Below are positions 32,902-47,040 of a stretch of DNA of 64,000 bases, one piece after another. Position numbers and translations under genes: made by a program. The notes under the pieces are model-generated. The model was not told the origin of the DNA. It saw nothing but the letters and a program-made list of their open reading frames with translations, and did no database searches. The stretch comes from Macrostomum hystrix (lineage: Eukaryota; Animalia; Platyhelminthes): NCBI GenBank assembly GCA_950097015.1, contig CATNEN010000001.1, forward strand, positions 17,298,001 through 17,362,000. The letters are read 5' to 3'. Positions within the stretch are counted from its first letter, which is position 1, and each line of letters opens with the position of its first letter.

Positions 32902-35900
32902 ATGTCCGCCAGCGCTACTGGCAGTAGTCACGCCCAGCCAGACGACGGCAATGTCGATTTCGACACCCAGATTCGTCTAGAACAGGCCGAAGCCGCTGCC
33001 AGGGCTGACGGTGACGCGGCCCAGGCAGCCGCCAACACCAAGACTCGGACTGACGATGATGGCACCGTCTTCGACTGGGACGACGGCAAGCAGGCCTGGT
33101 TTCCCAGGATCGACTCCGAGATGCTCATCCGCTACCAGCTGGGTTATGGAACTGACACCGCCGCCGATGCCGCCGCCGATGCCGCCGCCGCCGCCTTCAA
33201 TCAGCCTGGCGGTCCCGAGTTCGATTCTCTGCCGCCAGAGGAGCAGGAGAAGGCTAGACAGTACTGGGAGCAGTATTATAACTCACAGGAGTACCGGGAC
33301 TGGTATACCAAGTACAGTGAGACTGGGGCTGCTGCCGCTGGTGAGATTTCAATTTGCTGAAATCCCTAAATCCTAGATTATCCCAAGTTTCTGAAACCCA
33401 GCTTTACAGCTGACTGAACTGATGTAATAATAATATTTTACACTTGGTCCGCAGCCCATTCTGCCCATTTCGCTGACTCCTGAGCACAATCCTGAGGTGT
33501 ACACAGGTGTGTGAACCTGCCCTGACTTCTCATCGTCAGGCAGTGTACACTCTCACTGTACATTGGAGGTTGGCCCTCAGGGGCCTAAATTGCACGACGA
33601 GCCCCCAAGCCCTCTCTCCGCGGCTGCGCCCCAAATGAATGCGGCCTCGCCGCGGTTCGAACCCCTGACCTTTTGCTTGAGAAGTGCGAAGCTCTTCTAG
33701 AATCTCCTTAGGCCCATTCCTGAAATTCTCAGTCACTTAAGAATCCCATCTTTCATCGGCCAAAATGACAATCCAAAATTGCTGGTCATTTCCTTCAGAA
33801 GAAGGTCAATTGTCTTCAACTGCCGACCAGAAGCAGCAGGGCAAGAAGCGAGAGGCGAAGAAGAACAGCTCAGAGCAGCAGCAGCAGCAGTGGTTCGAGG
33901 TGCCAGCAGATCAGAACACGCACGTGTTTGTGCAGAACCTGCCGCTGGACCTCACCGAGGCCGAGTTCATTGAGTTCATGTCCAAATGCGGCATGGTGCT
34001 GCACGACCCGCTTAGCCGCAAGCCCAAGGTCAAGCTCTACCTGGACGAGGCTGGCAAATTCAATGGCAGCGCCAGGTGCGGCTACATTAAAAAGGAATCA
34101 GTGGCCTTGGCCCTGCAAATACTTGACGGCTACCAGTTGAGAGGCTGCGAGATTAGCGTTGAGCCGGCCAAATTCCTGCCCAAAGCCGGTTTTGATCCCA
34201 GCAAGCGGCGCAGGCTCACTAATAAGGAAAAGAAGAAAGTAAGTTGCAGGGGTGGGTGAATGTGAATTTTGGCTTTGGGATAATGCGATTCTAGATTGGA
34301 TTCAGGATATTGGTGGGATTCTAGATTGGATTTAGGATGGTGGGATTCTAGATTGTATTCAGGATTTTGGTAGGATTCTAGATTGGATTTAGGATGGTGG
34401 GATTCTAGATTGGATTCAGGATATTGGTGGGATTCTAGATTGGATTTAGGATGGTGGGATTCTAGATTGTATTCAGGATTTTGGTGGGATTCTAGATTGG
34501 ATTTAGGATTGTGGGATTCTAGATTGGATTCAGGATATTGGTGGAATTCTAGATTGGATTTAGGATTGTGGGATTCTAGATTGTATTCAGGATTTTGGTG
34601 GAATTCTAGATTGGATTCAGGATTTTGGTGGGATTCTAGATTGAATTTAGGATTTTTGTGGGATTCTAGATTGAATTTAGGATTTTTGTGGGATTCTAGA
34701 TTGGATTTAGGATTGTGGGATTCTAGATTGGATTCAGGATATTGGTGGGATTCTAGATTGGATTTAGGATGGTGGGATTCTAGATTGTATTCAAGATTTT
34801 GGTGCGATTCTAGATTGGATTTAGGATTGAGGGATTCTAGATTGGATTCAGGATATTGGTGGAATTCTAGATTGGATTTAGGATTGTGGGATTCTAGATT
34901 GTATTCAGGATTTTGGTGGAATTCTAGATTGGATTTAGGATTGTGGGATTCTAGATTGGATTCAGGATATTGGTGGAATTCTAGATTGGATTCAGGAATT
35001 TGGTGGGATTCTAGATTGAATTTAGGATTTTTGTGGGATTCTAGATTGGATTTAGGATTGTGGGATTCTAGATTGTATTCATGATTTTGGTGGGATTCTA
35101 GATTGTATTCAGGATTTTGGTGGGATTCTAGATTGGATTTATGATATTGGTGGGATTCTATATTGGATTTCGGATTGTGGGATTCTAGATTTGATTCAGG
35201 ATTTTGGTGGGATTCTACATTGGATTCAGGATATTGTTATGATTCTAGATTGGATTTAGGATTGTGGGATTCTAGATTGGATTCAGGATTTTGGTGAGAT
35301 TCTAGATTGGATTTAGGATTGTGGGATTCTAGATTGGATTTAGGATTGTGGGATTCTAGATTGGATTTAGGATTATGGGCTTCTGGATTGAATTTAGGAT
35401 TTTGGGATTCTGGATTGGATTTAGGATTTTGGGATTCTGGATTGGATTTAGGATTATGGGATTCTGGATTAGATTTAGAATTTTGGGATTCTGGATTAGA
35501 TTTAGAATTTTGGGATTCTAGAATGGATTTAGGATTTTGGGATTCTGGATTGGATTTAGGATTTTGGGATTCTAGAATGGATTTAGGATTATGGGCTTCT
35601 AGATTGGATTTAGGATTATAGGATTCTGGATTGGATTTAGGATTTTGGGATTCTAGAATGGATTTAGGATTTTGGGATTCTGGATTGGATTTAGGATTTT
35701 GGGATTCTGGATTGGATTTAGGATTATGGGCTTCTAGATTGGATTTAGGATTATAGGATTCTGGATTGGATTTAGGATTTTGGGATTCTGGAATGGATTT
35801 AGGATTTTGGGATTCTGGATTGGATTTAGGATTTTGGGATTCTGGATTGGATTTAGGATTATGGGCTTCTAGATTGGATTTAGGATTATAGGATTCTGGA

Positions 35901-36933
35901 TTGGATTTAGGATTTTGGGATTCTGGATTGGATTTAGGATTATGGGCTTCTAGATTGGATTTAGGATTATAGGATTCTGGATTGGATTTAGGATTTTGGG
36001 ATTCTGGATTGGATTTAGGATTATGGGCTTCTAGATTGGATTTAGGATTATAGGATTCTGGATTGGATTTAGGATTTTGGGATTCTGGATTGGATTTAGG
36101 ATTATGGGCTTCTAGATTGGATTTAGGATTATAGGATTCTGGATTGGATTTAGGATTTTGGGATTCTGGATTGGATTTAGGATTGTATGATTTCCAGATT
36201 CCAGTCTGCTCAAACAAGGTCCTTAAAACTGCCGCAGGTGAAGGAGCATCAGGCTCGCCTACTAGCTTGGGCTCCGGCGGATTCCGCGGCCTCAGCTGAC
36301 GGAAGCCTTGGCCTGACTGCCGGCGCCAATGCCGCCCGTCGCTCGGACCGAGTACTGGTTGTGTCCAACGTTTTCTCGCCCTCCGAATTTGACTCCGAGC
36401 CGCTGCTAGTTGAAAAGATTCGCGACGATCTAGTTCAGCGCTGCTCCCAGTTTGGCAGCGTGCGCAAGGCCGTGCTGCACGACCGCAACCAGCAGGGCGT
36501 CGTGTTGGTCACGTTTGCCGAGTCCGGCGAATGCTCCCTGGCATTGAGTCAGCTCAATGGGAGAATATTTCGAGCCGGCCGAGTGCTCAAAGCCGAGATT
36601 TGGGACGGCCGGACTCGCTACCACGTTGAGGAGACTGAGGAGCAGGCGGCTCGCCGGAGAGCGATCTGGGAGAGACAGATTCTGGGACAGGAGGCTGATC
36701 AGCCTGCGATCGATAATCCCCCATCGGAATCGGCCATCGATAATCCCCCATCAGAATCGGCCATCGATAATCCCCCATCAGAATCGGCCATCGATAATCC
36801 CCCATCGGAATCGGCCATCGATAATCCCCCATCGGAATCGGCCATCGATAATCCGCTAGCCGAGCCGGTTAAAGATGCTGAATCTACAGACGATGAAGCT
36901 CTGGTATCTTCGTCTGATGATGAAAACTATTGA
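32902..36933 (+). CDS. HTATSF1: HIV Tat-specific factor 1 homolog (U2 snRNP factor, Cus2-like). Exons 32902-33340, 33799-34238, 36238-36933
   Basis: DDGTVFDWDDGKQAWFPRID..YQLGYG. RRM1 NTHVFVQNLPLDLT..FMSKCG..KVKLY..YIKKESVALALQILDG. RRM2/UHM VLVVSNVF..FGSVRK..LNGRIF..WDGRTRY.VEET. Splice phases 1 and 0 are consistent. Confidence 0.95.
33425..33690 (-). mobile_element. tRNA-derived SINE, family A (degenerate copy in HTATSF1 intron 1)
   Basis: Shares body sequence with copies at 37002, 60574 and 63034. Confidence 0.85.
34285..36198. repeat. 27-29-bp minisatellite (GGGATTCTAGATTGGATTTAGGATTGT) filling HTATSF1 intron 2
   Basis: Tandem array. Confidence 0.95.
36706..36856 (+). repeat. Coding 27-bp repeat (AIDNPPSES, about 5.5 copies) in the HTATSF1 C-terminus
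   Basis: In-frame repeats before the stop at 36933. Confidence 0.9.
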
Positions 36934-37001
36934 TTTATTGATTTATCGATCTATCGATCTATTTGGGTTTTTAATTGAATTTTTCATTTGATTAACGATC
37001 G

Positions 37002-37337
37002 ATAATAATAATAATGATTGCAGGAGGGCAGCGGGTAATGGCACATCATTTCTTGACACTAGACCCGCAGCCAGCTAGGAGGCAGTTCTGCCCATTCCGC
37101 TGGCTCCTGAGCACACACGCACACGGGTGTGTACATCTGCCCTGACTTTCTCGTCGTCAGGCAGTGTACACTCTCACTGTGCCTTGGGGGTTGGCCCTTA
37201 AGGGCGTAGATTGCACGACAAGCCCCCAAGCCTTCTCTCCGCGGCTGCGCCCCAAATGAATGTGGCCTCGCCGCGGAATCGAACTTAGGGACCTTGGTGC
37301 GAGAGGCAAACGCGTTGACCGTTTTGCCACCGACCCG
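37002..37337 (-). mobile_element. tRNA-derived SINE, family A, full length
   Basis: A box TGGCAAAACGG, B box GTTCGATTCC, (ATT)n tail; multiple copies in the window. Confidence 0.9.
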
Positions 37338-38289
37338 CTATTATCGATCGATTGACAGACTGAATTATCGATGCTAAGTTGATTCATGTAAAAGAGTTGC
37401 GCATTTTATTCCGTGTTTGTCATGCTATTTTCTAAATTATTGCTTTAAAATTTGGTTGGAACATTTCGAAACCTTGGTAATTGTGTAAATAAATTTCCCG
37501 GCTGACATTTGGCATCAAAGTAACATTTGAAATGGCCTGATTAGCATCAACTTTTGCACCTGCTTTGAAAGTATAATCTTTTGTTTTATTCATTTAAAAG
37601 CAGGTTAGCAGAACCTGATAAAATTGGTGTGATCGCTCACGCTACCCAGTGACTTTGAAGATGCTTCGCTTTTTCAACTGGCTGTGTGAAATTTCCGGTT
37701 ACATGATGAAATTTTGTGAATCGTTGAATATCTCGACGATCCCGACGTCTTTTGATTCTGGAAGTTGTTTCGCCGGATAGTGTTCTGTGTTCTGGTTTTT
37801 CATGTCGATTGGTTGAATATTTTAGAAGATACAGCTCTTCTACAGTCTTCCTACTACTGCTAAGGAAGACAGGTGAGATGGCCCATTTCCGCCAAAGGAG
37901 GCTGCCTGTTTGCAATGATCAGCAAATATTTTCAAGCTTTCAAGAACGACTTAAAAACATCCTCCTACCAGTAATTGTGTGGACTTGAAGAATAACATTA
38001 TCTCCACTCTCTTCAATTAATCTGAATGCCTACGGCCAAATTACTGATTTGTGAGGCGAGATGAAAGAATAATATGTGAATGGCGCAATGCCACACCTCC
38101 AGCTTCACTTCTAAGCTCACATTCCTAATGTTATTGAGTGTTGACCCTTGTCTTACGGGAGTCCGTAATGTCTCTGAGATGGCTTCTTGCGGGCTTCAAG
38201 TGTTGTTTGTTTTTCTGCCGACTCATTGTGCGGCTCGGCCCCTCCTGTGGGCTGAACTGCAAGATCATTATTCCGCTTTCCTAAACCCT

Positions 38290-38775
38290 CCTCTCCCTAT
38301 CTCTGTGTCTCTCCCTTTCTCTCTCCTCTATCTCTGTGTCTCTCCCTTTCTCTCTCCTCTATCTCTGTGTCTCTCCCTTTCTCTCTCCCTATCTCTGTGT
38401 CTCTCCCTTTCTCTCTCCCTATCTCTTTGTCTCTCCCTTTCTCTCTCCTCTATCTCTGTGTCTCTCCCTTTCTCTCTCCCTGTCTCTCGCCCTTTCTCTT
38501 TCCCCTTCCCAATCCCTTCTCTCTCCCTTTCTCTCTCCCTTTCTCTCTCCCTTTCTCTCTCCCTTTCTCTCTCCCTTTCTCTCTCCCTTTCTCTCTCCCT
38601 TTCTCTCTCCCTTTCTCTCTCCCTTTCTCTCTCCCTTTCTCTCTCCCTTTCTCTCTCCCTTTCTCTCTCTCTTTCTCTCTCCCTTTCTCTCTCCCTTTCT
38701 CTCTCCCTTTCTCTCTCCCTTTCTCTCTCCCTTTCTCTCTCCCTTTCTCTCTCCCTTTCTCTCTCCCTTTCTCCT
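38290..38775. repeat. Polypyrimidine repeat, mainly (CTCTCCCTTTCT)n
   Basis: Directly visible. Confidence 0.95.
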
Positions 38776-39367
38776 TTTATCCATAGCTGAAGAATAGACA
38801 CAGCCGTGACAACAGTGAATGCAGGGACTGAATCCTAATAACTCTAGTCATCTGTCTTATCTCACCGCAAGGCTGTTCGCATTTGTCTTTATCGCCAGGC
38901 GACACAGTCGGCCAACTCCGCTGAACAATATCTGCAACCAAAACTCTGACCAAGGCTGGAGGCTTTATATTTCAGAAACAGTGCCAACAGACAGTCCTCA
39001 CAGATCTCCTAGGAGGATAAGCGGTACCGCAGACAAATTGGCCTCTCATTTCTCAGCTGCCTGTTTCAAAACGGTTTTCGGTTCCGAACTCCCACTGAGC
39101 AAGCTTATCAGCAATGGATGCCGTGTCAATCATTTGTTAGACAACTGCACACTCACTAGCCAAGGCACCGGCCACCCACTGTGCCCTGCTGGCAACGCTG
39201 CTTCTGCTGATTGTTACACATCCTTGTTCAATGATGTTGTGCCACTAATCATTAACTTACCTGAACTGTGAAATACTAGCCAGGCCATCAACTGTGCCAT
39301 CTGCACTACTTTTCTAATGGTTTGTGAAATAATAGGCTGAAATGGCTTGCTGTAAAAGCTTTTTGCA

Positions 39368-39956
39368 CCTGTTAGACACATTAGCTACCTGTTACGCATG
39401 TTAGACTACCTGTTAGACACAATCAAATACCTGTTAGACACAACAAATTCAAGTTAGACACAATCAACTATCCTGTTAGACACACCAACTAACGGTTAGA
39501 CACAATCAACTATCCCGTTAGACACACCAACTACCTGTTTGACACACCAACTACCTGTTGGACACACCAACTACCTGTTGGACACACCAACTACCTGTTG
39601 GACACACCAACTACCTGTTTGACACACCAACTACCTGTTGGACACACCAACTACCTGTTAGACACACCAACTACCTGTTAGACACACCAACGACTTGTTA
39701 GACACACCAACACCAAATACCTGTTGGACACACCAACTACCTGTTAGACACACCAACTACCTGTTAGACACACCAACGACTTGTTAGACACACCAACACC
39801 AAATACCTGTTAGACACACCAACGACTTGTTAGACACACCAAGTACCTGTAGGACACAATGACAACCTGTTAGACACACCAAATACCTGTTAGACACACC
39901 AACGACTTGTTAGACACACCAAGTACCTGTAGGACACAATGACAACCTGTTAGACA
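39368..39956. repeat. 20-bp minisatellite (GACACACCAACTACCTGTTR)
   Basis: Tandem array. Confidence 0.92.
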
Positions 39957-40674
39957 ATTTTACTGAAATGCAAACTAGAAATCATTGTTCATATTTCAAA
40001 GAATCAGTTTTTTGTTGAAATCGCAAGCATCAACCCCGCTGGCAGATTTGAAATTTGATTTAGTCAAGCCGTGCAGCAAAAGTAGCAAAATGTGGTATCT
40101 ATTTAGATATCTTCAGCCCTCTCAGTGTCCTCTAGATGCACAATGTCCAACTGTCAGTGTGTCCAGCCGCCAGAGTTTTGGGCGCCGCCCGCTAGGTGGG
40201 CTGGGGGGGTTAGATGAATGACCAGCAGGTGACGCCACCGGATTCAACATTGACGCAATCTTGGAGACTGCCGCGGCCGTGGCGGCGGTGGCGGCGGTGG
40301 CTTGTTGTCAAGCGAGGCCCGCCGTCAACCCTCAGCCATGGTCCCAGCATGACATTGGATCGAGTCATGACACGCGGCACTAGCGGTTTCGATGCAAGTT
40401 TTCACCCTTATATGCATGCTAGGCCGGTGAATATTGTAGTAAAAGTTTGACAGCAATGGTGTCCCGTGTCTGCCTGTTTCCGCGAGTTAATTTCGTTCCG
40501 ATTTTTTTCTGTCCTCAAATCTTCTGGCTTGGGGAAGTTTTTTTATTAATGACGCCATCGCTAGCTGTCAACTGCGACAGCTGCAGTTGGCTGACTCCTG
40601 TGTCTAATCTAACCCGCGCTTGTCCTCTCGGCCTGCCTCCTCCTCTTGTTCTTCTTCTTCCTCATCATCTTCCT

Positions 40675-41470
40675 CAACCCTTCTCCCCTTTTCTCCAAAT
40701 TCTCCCCCTTTTTTCCCAATTCTCCCCCTTTTCTCCCAATTCTCCCCCTTTTCTCCAAATTCTCCCCCTTTTTTCCAAATTCTCCCCCTTTTCTCAAAAT
40801 TCTCCCCCTTTTTTTCCAAATTCTCCCCTTTTTCTCCCAATTCCCCCCTTTTCTCCAAATTCTCCTCCTTTTCTCCCAATTCTCCCCCTTTTCTCCCAAT
40901 TCTCCTCCTTTTCTCCCAATTCTCCCCCTTTTCTCCCAATTCTCCCCCTTTTCTCCCAATTCTCCCCCTTTCTCCCAATTCTCCCCCTTTTCTCCCAATT
41001 CTCCCCCTTTTCTCCCAATTCTCCCTTTTTTCTCCAAATTATCCCCCTTTTCTTCCAATTCTCCCCCTTTTCTCCCAATTCCCCCCTTTTCTCTCAATTC
41101 TCCCCCTTTTCTCCGAATTCTCCCCCTTTTCTCCCAATTCTCCCCCTTTTCTTCCAATTCTCCCCCTTTTCTCCCAATTCTCCCCCTTTTTTCCAAATTC
41201 TCCCCCCCTTTTCTCCCAATTCTCCCCCTTTTCTCCCAATTCTCCCCCTTTTCTCCCAATTCTCCCCCTTTTCTCTCAATTCTCCCCCTTTTCTCCCCTC
41301 TAACTCTGCCCCGTTTCTTCCCATTCTCCCTCTTCTCCATCTCTTCTCACCCCTATTTTCCCCTATTCTCCCCCCTATTTTCCCATTTTCTCCCTCTCTT
41401 CTCCTTCTCTTCTCCCTTTTCTCCCTCTTTTTTCCCTATTCTCCCTATTCTTTTCCTTATTCCCCTCTCA
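40675..41470. repeat. 20-bp pyrimidine-rich minisatellite (TCTCCCCCTTTTCTCCCAAT)
   Basis: Tandem array. Confidence 0.93.
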
Positions 41471-42269
41471 AATTTCGTCTCTTTATTCCATTCATTTTCC
41501 TCCCATCCATTAGCTCAAAGCCAATCCTCTCTAGTTGTGTTTCCACAATTCCTACTGCAGCTTTTGTTTGCATTTCATGATTGAAGCAATTCCGCCAATT
41601 GAATTAAGCTTGCAGGCCAGCATCAACACACGGACAAAGATCACAAACTTCAACTGATGATTTTGTGAGTGCCCCGCCCGTGTGGCATTGGGTTGCAGTT
41701 AAAAACAGGTTGCAATGTGGTCAAGCCACTGATTGCATCATGCCGCCTCTCATTCTCTCTCTTACCCTCAATCTACCGGGCTTTAAAAATGAAATTCTTC
41801 TGAAATTTTAGCAAGTAAAATCTTCTGTGCCCTGGGGCAAAACTGATGACAATGTGACTACCAGAATAAACAGCATTAGCAATGTCCACTATCCATTTCA
41901 TTATTAATACTCGTATTTATTTAAAAGTTCATTACCACTATTTAAACTCCATGGGAACACACCTGGTAATAAGATAAAAAATATCCCCTAGTTGGACAGG
42001 CACAATAACTAGCCTGAAAACAAAGTTACGCAATACGGCATAACGCCAGAACGAACGCTTTAATCTCTCTGCAACGGGATCTGGGAAATTTAGGGATTTC
42101 GAGACCACATGCTGAGCAACAGTCACGGAGATAGCTAATTAGGATTGTGAAATGTTTGCTGCCTAACCACTTGGCCTCATTAACTGACATTTCTGCCAAA
42201 AATTGCATGAGCTGCAGCCCAATTATTGGCTGTCCTACTGGTAAAATCGCTCACAAGTCCTTGGATTAG

Positions 42270-42538
42270 CGACCTACAAGAGCAGGTGTTATTGACCTAC
42301 AAAATCAGGTGTTATTGACCTACAAAATCAGGTGTTATTGACCTACAAAATCTGGTGTTATTGACCTACAAAATCTGGTGTTATTGACCTACAAAATCTG
42401 GTGTTATTGACCTACAAAATCAGGTGTTATTGACCTACAAAATCTGGTGTTATTGACCTACAAAATCAGGTGTTATTGACCTACAAAATCAGGTGTTATT
42501 GACCTACAAAATCAGGTGTTATTGACATACAAAATCAG
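42270..42538. repeat. 23-bp minisatellite (GACCTACAAAATCAGGTGTTATT), about 11 copies
   Basis: Tandem array. Confidence 0.95.
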
Positions 42539-43666
42539 TTAACAGTAGAACTACCAAGGGGGTGGAAATTTCCCCCCCCCTTAACAATTTTTTGCTGCAC
42601 CCGAACGGAACAATGCAGGCACACGAAACTCAAGAACACGGGCCAACTTTTTGTTGCGCATCTTCTGAGACAAGAAACAAGTCGCCAGCTCTTTAGACCG
42701 TCGAGATATTCAATGTTTCTGGCCGAAGGTCCGATTTTTCCCATAAGAGCTAGTGTATTTCATACACTTCATACATCTTTTTCAAAATCCCTTCAGAATC
42801 CCAACCAAGTTTCTTATAATTTCGCTTAAAAGACAATCCAAGAAGCCCAACAATAATCTTCCCTTCTCATCCGCAGCGGACTCGAAAGATTTTTGGCTTT
42901 TCTTCACTAATCCCCTTGGCCCTGACAAAATTCTCCCAAGTTTGTCTGGGAGAATTTTCGAATCCCAGCGCAGGAACATCCCAGGAACTCCACATGGCAA
43001 CCGCGGTTTGGCTTCGCCTTGCGGCCGACTTTCCAAGAAAAGCTGGCGACTCCAAAGCCCGCTTTCTTATCCCAATAGTCGTTAAGTTATCCCAAAAGCT
43101 GTGGTAGGCACCTGGCCCTCCGTGCCAAATCCCTCGCTGTTCTCCGTTGGCCGCAAACTAGCTTTTAGGCCCGGAAATTTTTCTAGCTTTGCAGTTGAAA
43201 TTTCTCGTTAACTCGCCTACTTCCGTGCAGGGGGGCATCTTTACTCTACGGCTATAAGGGAAATGAGGAATGCCTGGCTCGCCATCATTTCCCAATTCAG
43301 CGTCCGGCCCGCAGAAATTCCACAGCTCCGAAATCGCCCATCCGCTGCTGTCTTTCCAATCTTTTCAGAAATTTTTACCGACTGAGGAGAAGAAGATCAG
43401 GGGGGTCTGGCCCATTCCAGGAAATCTGTGGAATTCCGGAATGTCCCGGTTGCGAAGGGTCGAGAAGTTGCGACTGACTGACGGCACCGGATGCGACAGC
43501 GGGCTGGAGGTCCAGCTAAGGGCCGCAGAAATGCCTAATGAGCATCCGAACTCTACCAGCTTTGGTAACTGCTAAATTAATTCTCTATGCATCATCGACC
43601 TGCGGCTAATTCTATCTGATCAATTAACCTTCACCTCGAAATATGATATCACCTTTGATAGCTTTA

Positions 43667-44360
43667 TCACACCTGTCTCCTCTTTCTCACACCTGTCTCC
43701 TCTTTCTCACACCCAATGTCCTCTTTCTCACACCCAATGTCCTGTTTCTCACACGTGTCTCCTCTTTCTCACACGTGTCTCCTGTTTCTCACACCTGTCT
43801 TCTCTTTCTCACACCCAATGTCCTGTTTCTCACACCTGTCTTCTCTTTCTCACACCTGTCTTCTCTTTCTCACACCTGTCTCCTCTTTCTCACACCTGTC
43901 TCCTCTTTCTCACACCCAATGTCCTGTTTCTCACACCTGTCTCCTCTTTCTCACACCTGTCTCCTCTTTCTCACACCTGTCTCCTCTTTCTCACACGTGT
44001 CTCCTCTTTCTCACACCCAATGTCCTCTTTCTCACACCTGTCTGCTGTTTCTCACACCTGTCTGCTGTTTCTCACACCTAATGTCCTGTTTCTCACACCT
44101 GTCTCCTCTTTCTCACACGTGTCTCCTCTTTCTCACACCCAATGTCCTGTTTCTCACACCTGTCTTCTCTTTCTCACACCCAATGTCCTGTTTCTCACAC
44201 CTGTCTTCTGTTTCTCACACCTGTCTCCTCTTTCTCACACCTGTCTCCTCTTTCTCACACCTGTCTCCTCTTTCTCACACGTGTCTCCTCTTTCTCACAC
44301 GTGTCTCTCTTTGTCACACGTGTCTCCCGATTCATTCACACTTGTATCCCGTTTCTCACA
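43667..44360. repeat. ~20-bp minisatellite (CACCTGTCTCCTCTTTCTCA)
   Basis: Tandem array. Confidence 0.93.
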
Positions 44361-45007
44361 GCCGCCTCGCATTTTTCACATCCCGTCTGCCTTATTCATA
44401 AGTTGCACCCCCTTTCATATTTCCGTGTTTTTTTCTCACGGTTTAAAATGCCGTTTTCTTCTTGAACTTTTTCACCCCGTGACTGCAGTTTCTGGTTTAT
44501 TATTTAACACTTCGGCCTTAGAGTGTGTCTGACCCGCCTATTCTAGTCCAGCCCGCAGTCTGGAACACGGAGAGACTGAAGGAAAAATATTAAGGTGATT
44601 GGTTGGCTTGCTTATTCTTTTTGTCCGAATGTAAAAAAATGGTTCAGTATGGGCGCCTGAAAGATGGTAGTTTCTGAACAGCCACGCCCACCAATGGCAC
44701 CCCCACCTCACCGACCCACCCTCCAGATTCTGCCGACAGCTGACACGGTGGCTTTTGGTAGGCTGTGGAACTGGGAGACAGTCAGCTGTCACCCGATGGC
44801 TTCGGGTGCAGGATGGTCGTTGTGTTGTCTCTCGACTTAGATTTTGCTGAAACGGAGACACCAACTGTCTCTGTGGCGGTGTCTGTGCATAAGGTGGCCC
44901 AGTGCTGCCATCAGCCACTTCTGGTCCTTTTTGTCTTCTCTGCTTTTTCTTTTAAGGAAAAACTGAAGTCTGGCTTGGTGTAGACTAAGGACACTGAACC
45001 TGAATCT

Positions 45008-45273
<266 letters not shown>

Positions 45274-45999
45274 CTCTCCCAATGTCCCGCCCTCTACAGT
45301 ATCAGCGCAGCCCAGTCCGACTGACTATTCGAATCGCATGTTAGCGTGAATTATTGCCACAGATGTTAATTGTCCCGCCAAGCTCCCAAGTCCCGAAACA
45401 AAAATAGTCCCTTTCTTCCCTCCGGTTCCTCTTTGGTCCCATTTTGCGCGTATCTGATTTTGTAATTAACTGTATACAGCACAGAGGCCGCCGTCAGTAA
45501 GCTAAGGTGGGCTGGTATAGTGGGATCTAGATTGGGTTCACCGCACGTGGATCAGTTCCTGTCTGATCTGTGTGTTTGGCTGTGCCCATTGCTACTGGGT
45601 GTTCTGTATTCCTATCCTTGAATATTACCTATCGTCACCTGTTGCTGTTTCGTTATGATTTTTCTTGTGTATCACTTTGCCTCCCATTTCTGTCAGCGCC
45701 AGCCCATTCACACACAGCCAGTGGGCGCACCTGTCGTGTATTGTTAGTTATTCATCCGATATTTTGGACACATAGAGAAGAACAATAAAAATCGGTAGCA
45801 AATCGATTAGCGATTGTCGGCATCCTAGTATAGATCTGTGTGCTACCATTGGCATTTCCCACCGTTGCGCTTGCGTGCCTGCAGATTTTACCTCATCTGA
45901 AAGAAGAAATGGAAAACCTTTTGCTAACCAACGTTGGCACATTTCACAACAAACTACCAAGCCTTCTCTCCGCGGCTGCGTCACGCGACCGGTGAGTTA

Positions 46000-47040
46000 T
46001 GAGACAAGGGAGAGATAAAACAGGGGAGAGATGAGACAGGGGAGAGATGAAACAGGGGAGAGATGAAACAGGGGAGAGATGAGACAGGGGAGAGATAAAA
46101 CAGGGGAGAGATGAGACAGGGGAGAGATGAAACAGGGGAGAGATGAAACAGGGGAGAGATGAGACAGGGGAGAGATGAGACAGGGGAGAGATGAGACAGG
46201 GGAGAGATGAGACAGGGGAGAGATGAAATAGGGGAGAGATGAGACAGGGGAGAGATGAAACAGGGGAGAGATGAGACAGGGAAGAGATGCGACAGGGGAG
46301 AGATGAAATAGGGGAGAGATGAGACAGGGGAGAGATGAAACAGGGGAGAGATGAGACAGGGGAGAGATGAAATAGGGGAGAGATGAAATAGGGGAGAGAT
46401 GAGACAGGGGAGAGATGAAATAGGGGAGAGATGAGACAGGGGAGAGATGAGACAGGGGAGAGATGAGACAGGGGAGAGATGAGACAGGGGAGAGATGAGA
46501 CAGGGGATAGATGAGACAGTTGAGAGATGAGACAGGGGAGAGATGAGACAGGGAAGAGATGAGACAGAGGAGAGATGAGACAGGGGAGAGATGAGACAGG
46601 GGAGAGATGAGACAGGGGAGAGATGAAATAGGGGAGAGATGAGACAGGGGAGAGATGAAACAGGGGAGAGATGAGACAGGGGAGAGATGAAACAGGGGAG
46701 AGATGAAACAGGGGAGAGATGAGACAGGGGAGAGATGAGACAGGGGAGAGATAAAACAGGGGAGAAATGAGACAGGGGAGAGATGAGACAGGGGAGAGAT
46801 GAAACAGGGGAGAGATGAGACAGGGGAGAGATGAGACAGGGGAGAGATGAAATAGGGGAGAGATGAGACAGGGGAGAGATGAAACAGGGGAGAGATGAGA
46901 CAGGGAAGAGATGCGACAGGGGAGAGATGAAATAGGGGAGAGATGAGACAGGGGAGCGATGAAATAGGGGAGAGATGAGACAGGGGAGAGATGAGACAGG
47001 GGAGAGATGAGACAGGGGAGAGATGAGACAGGGGAGAGAG
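46000..47040. repeat. 16-bp purine-rich minisatellite (GAGACAGGGGAGAGAT)
   Basis: Tandem array. Confidence 0.96.

Noticed and set aside
34383-36217. WDSRLDLG and NPKSNPES repeat ORFs
   Set aside because: Intronic satellite between phase-compatible HTATSF1 exons.
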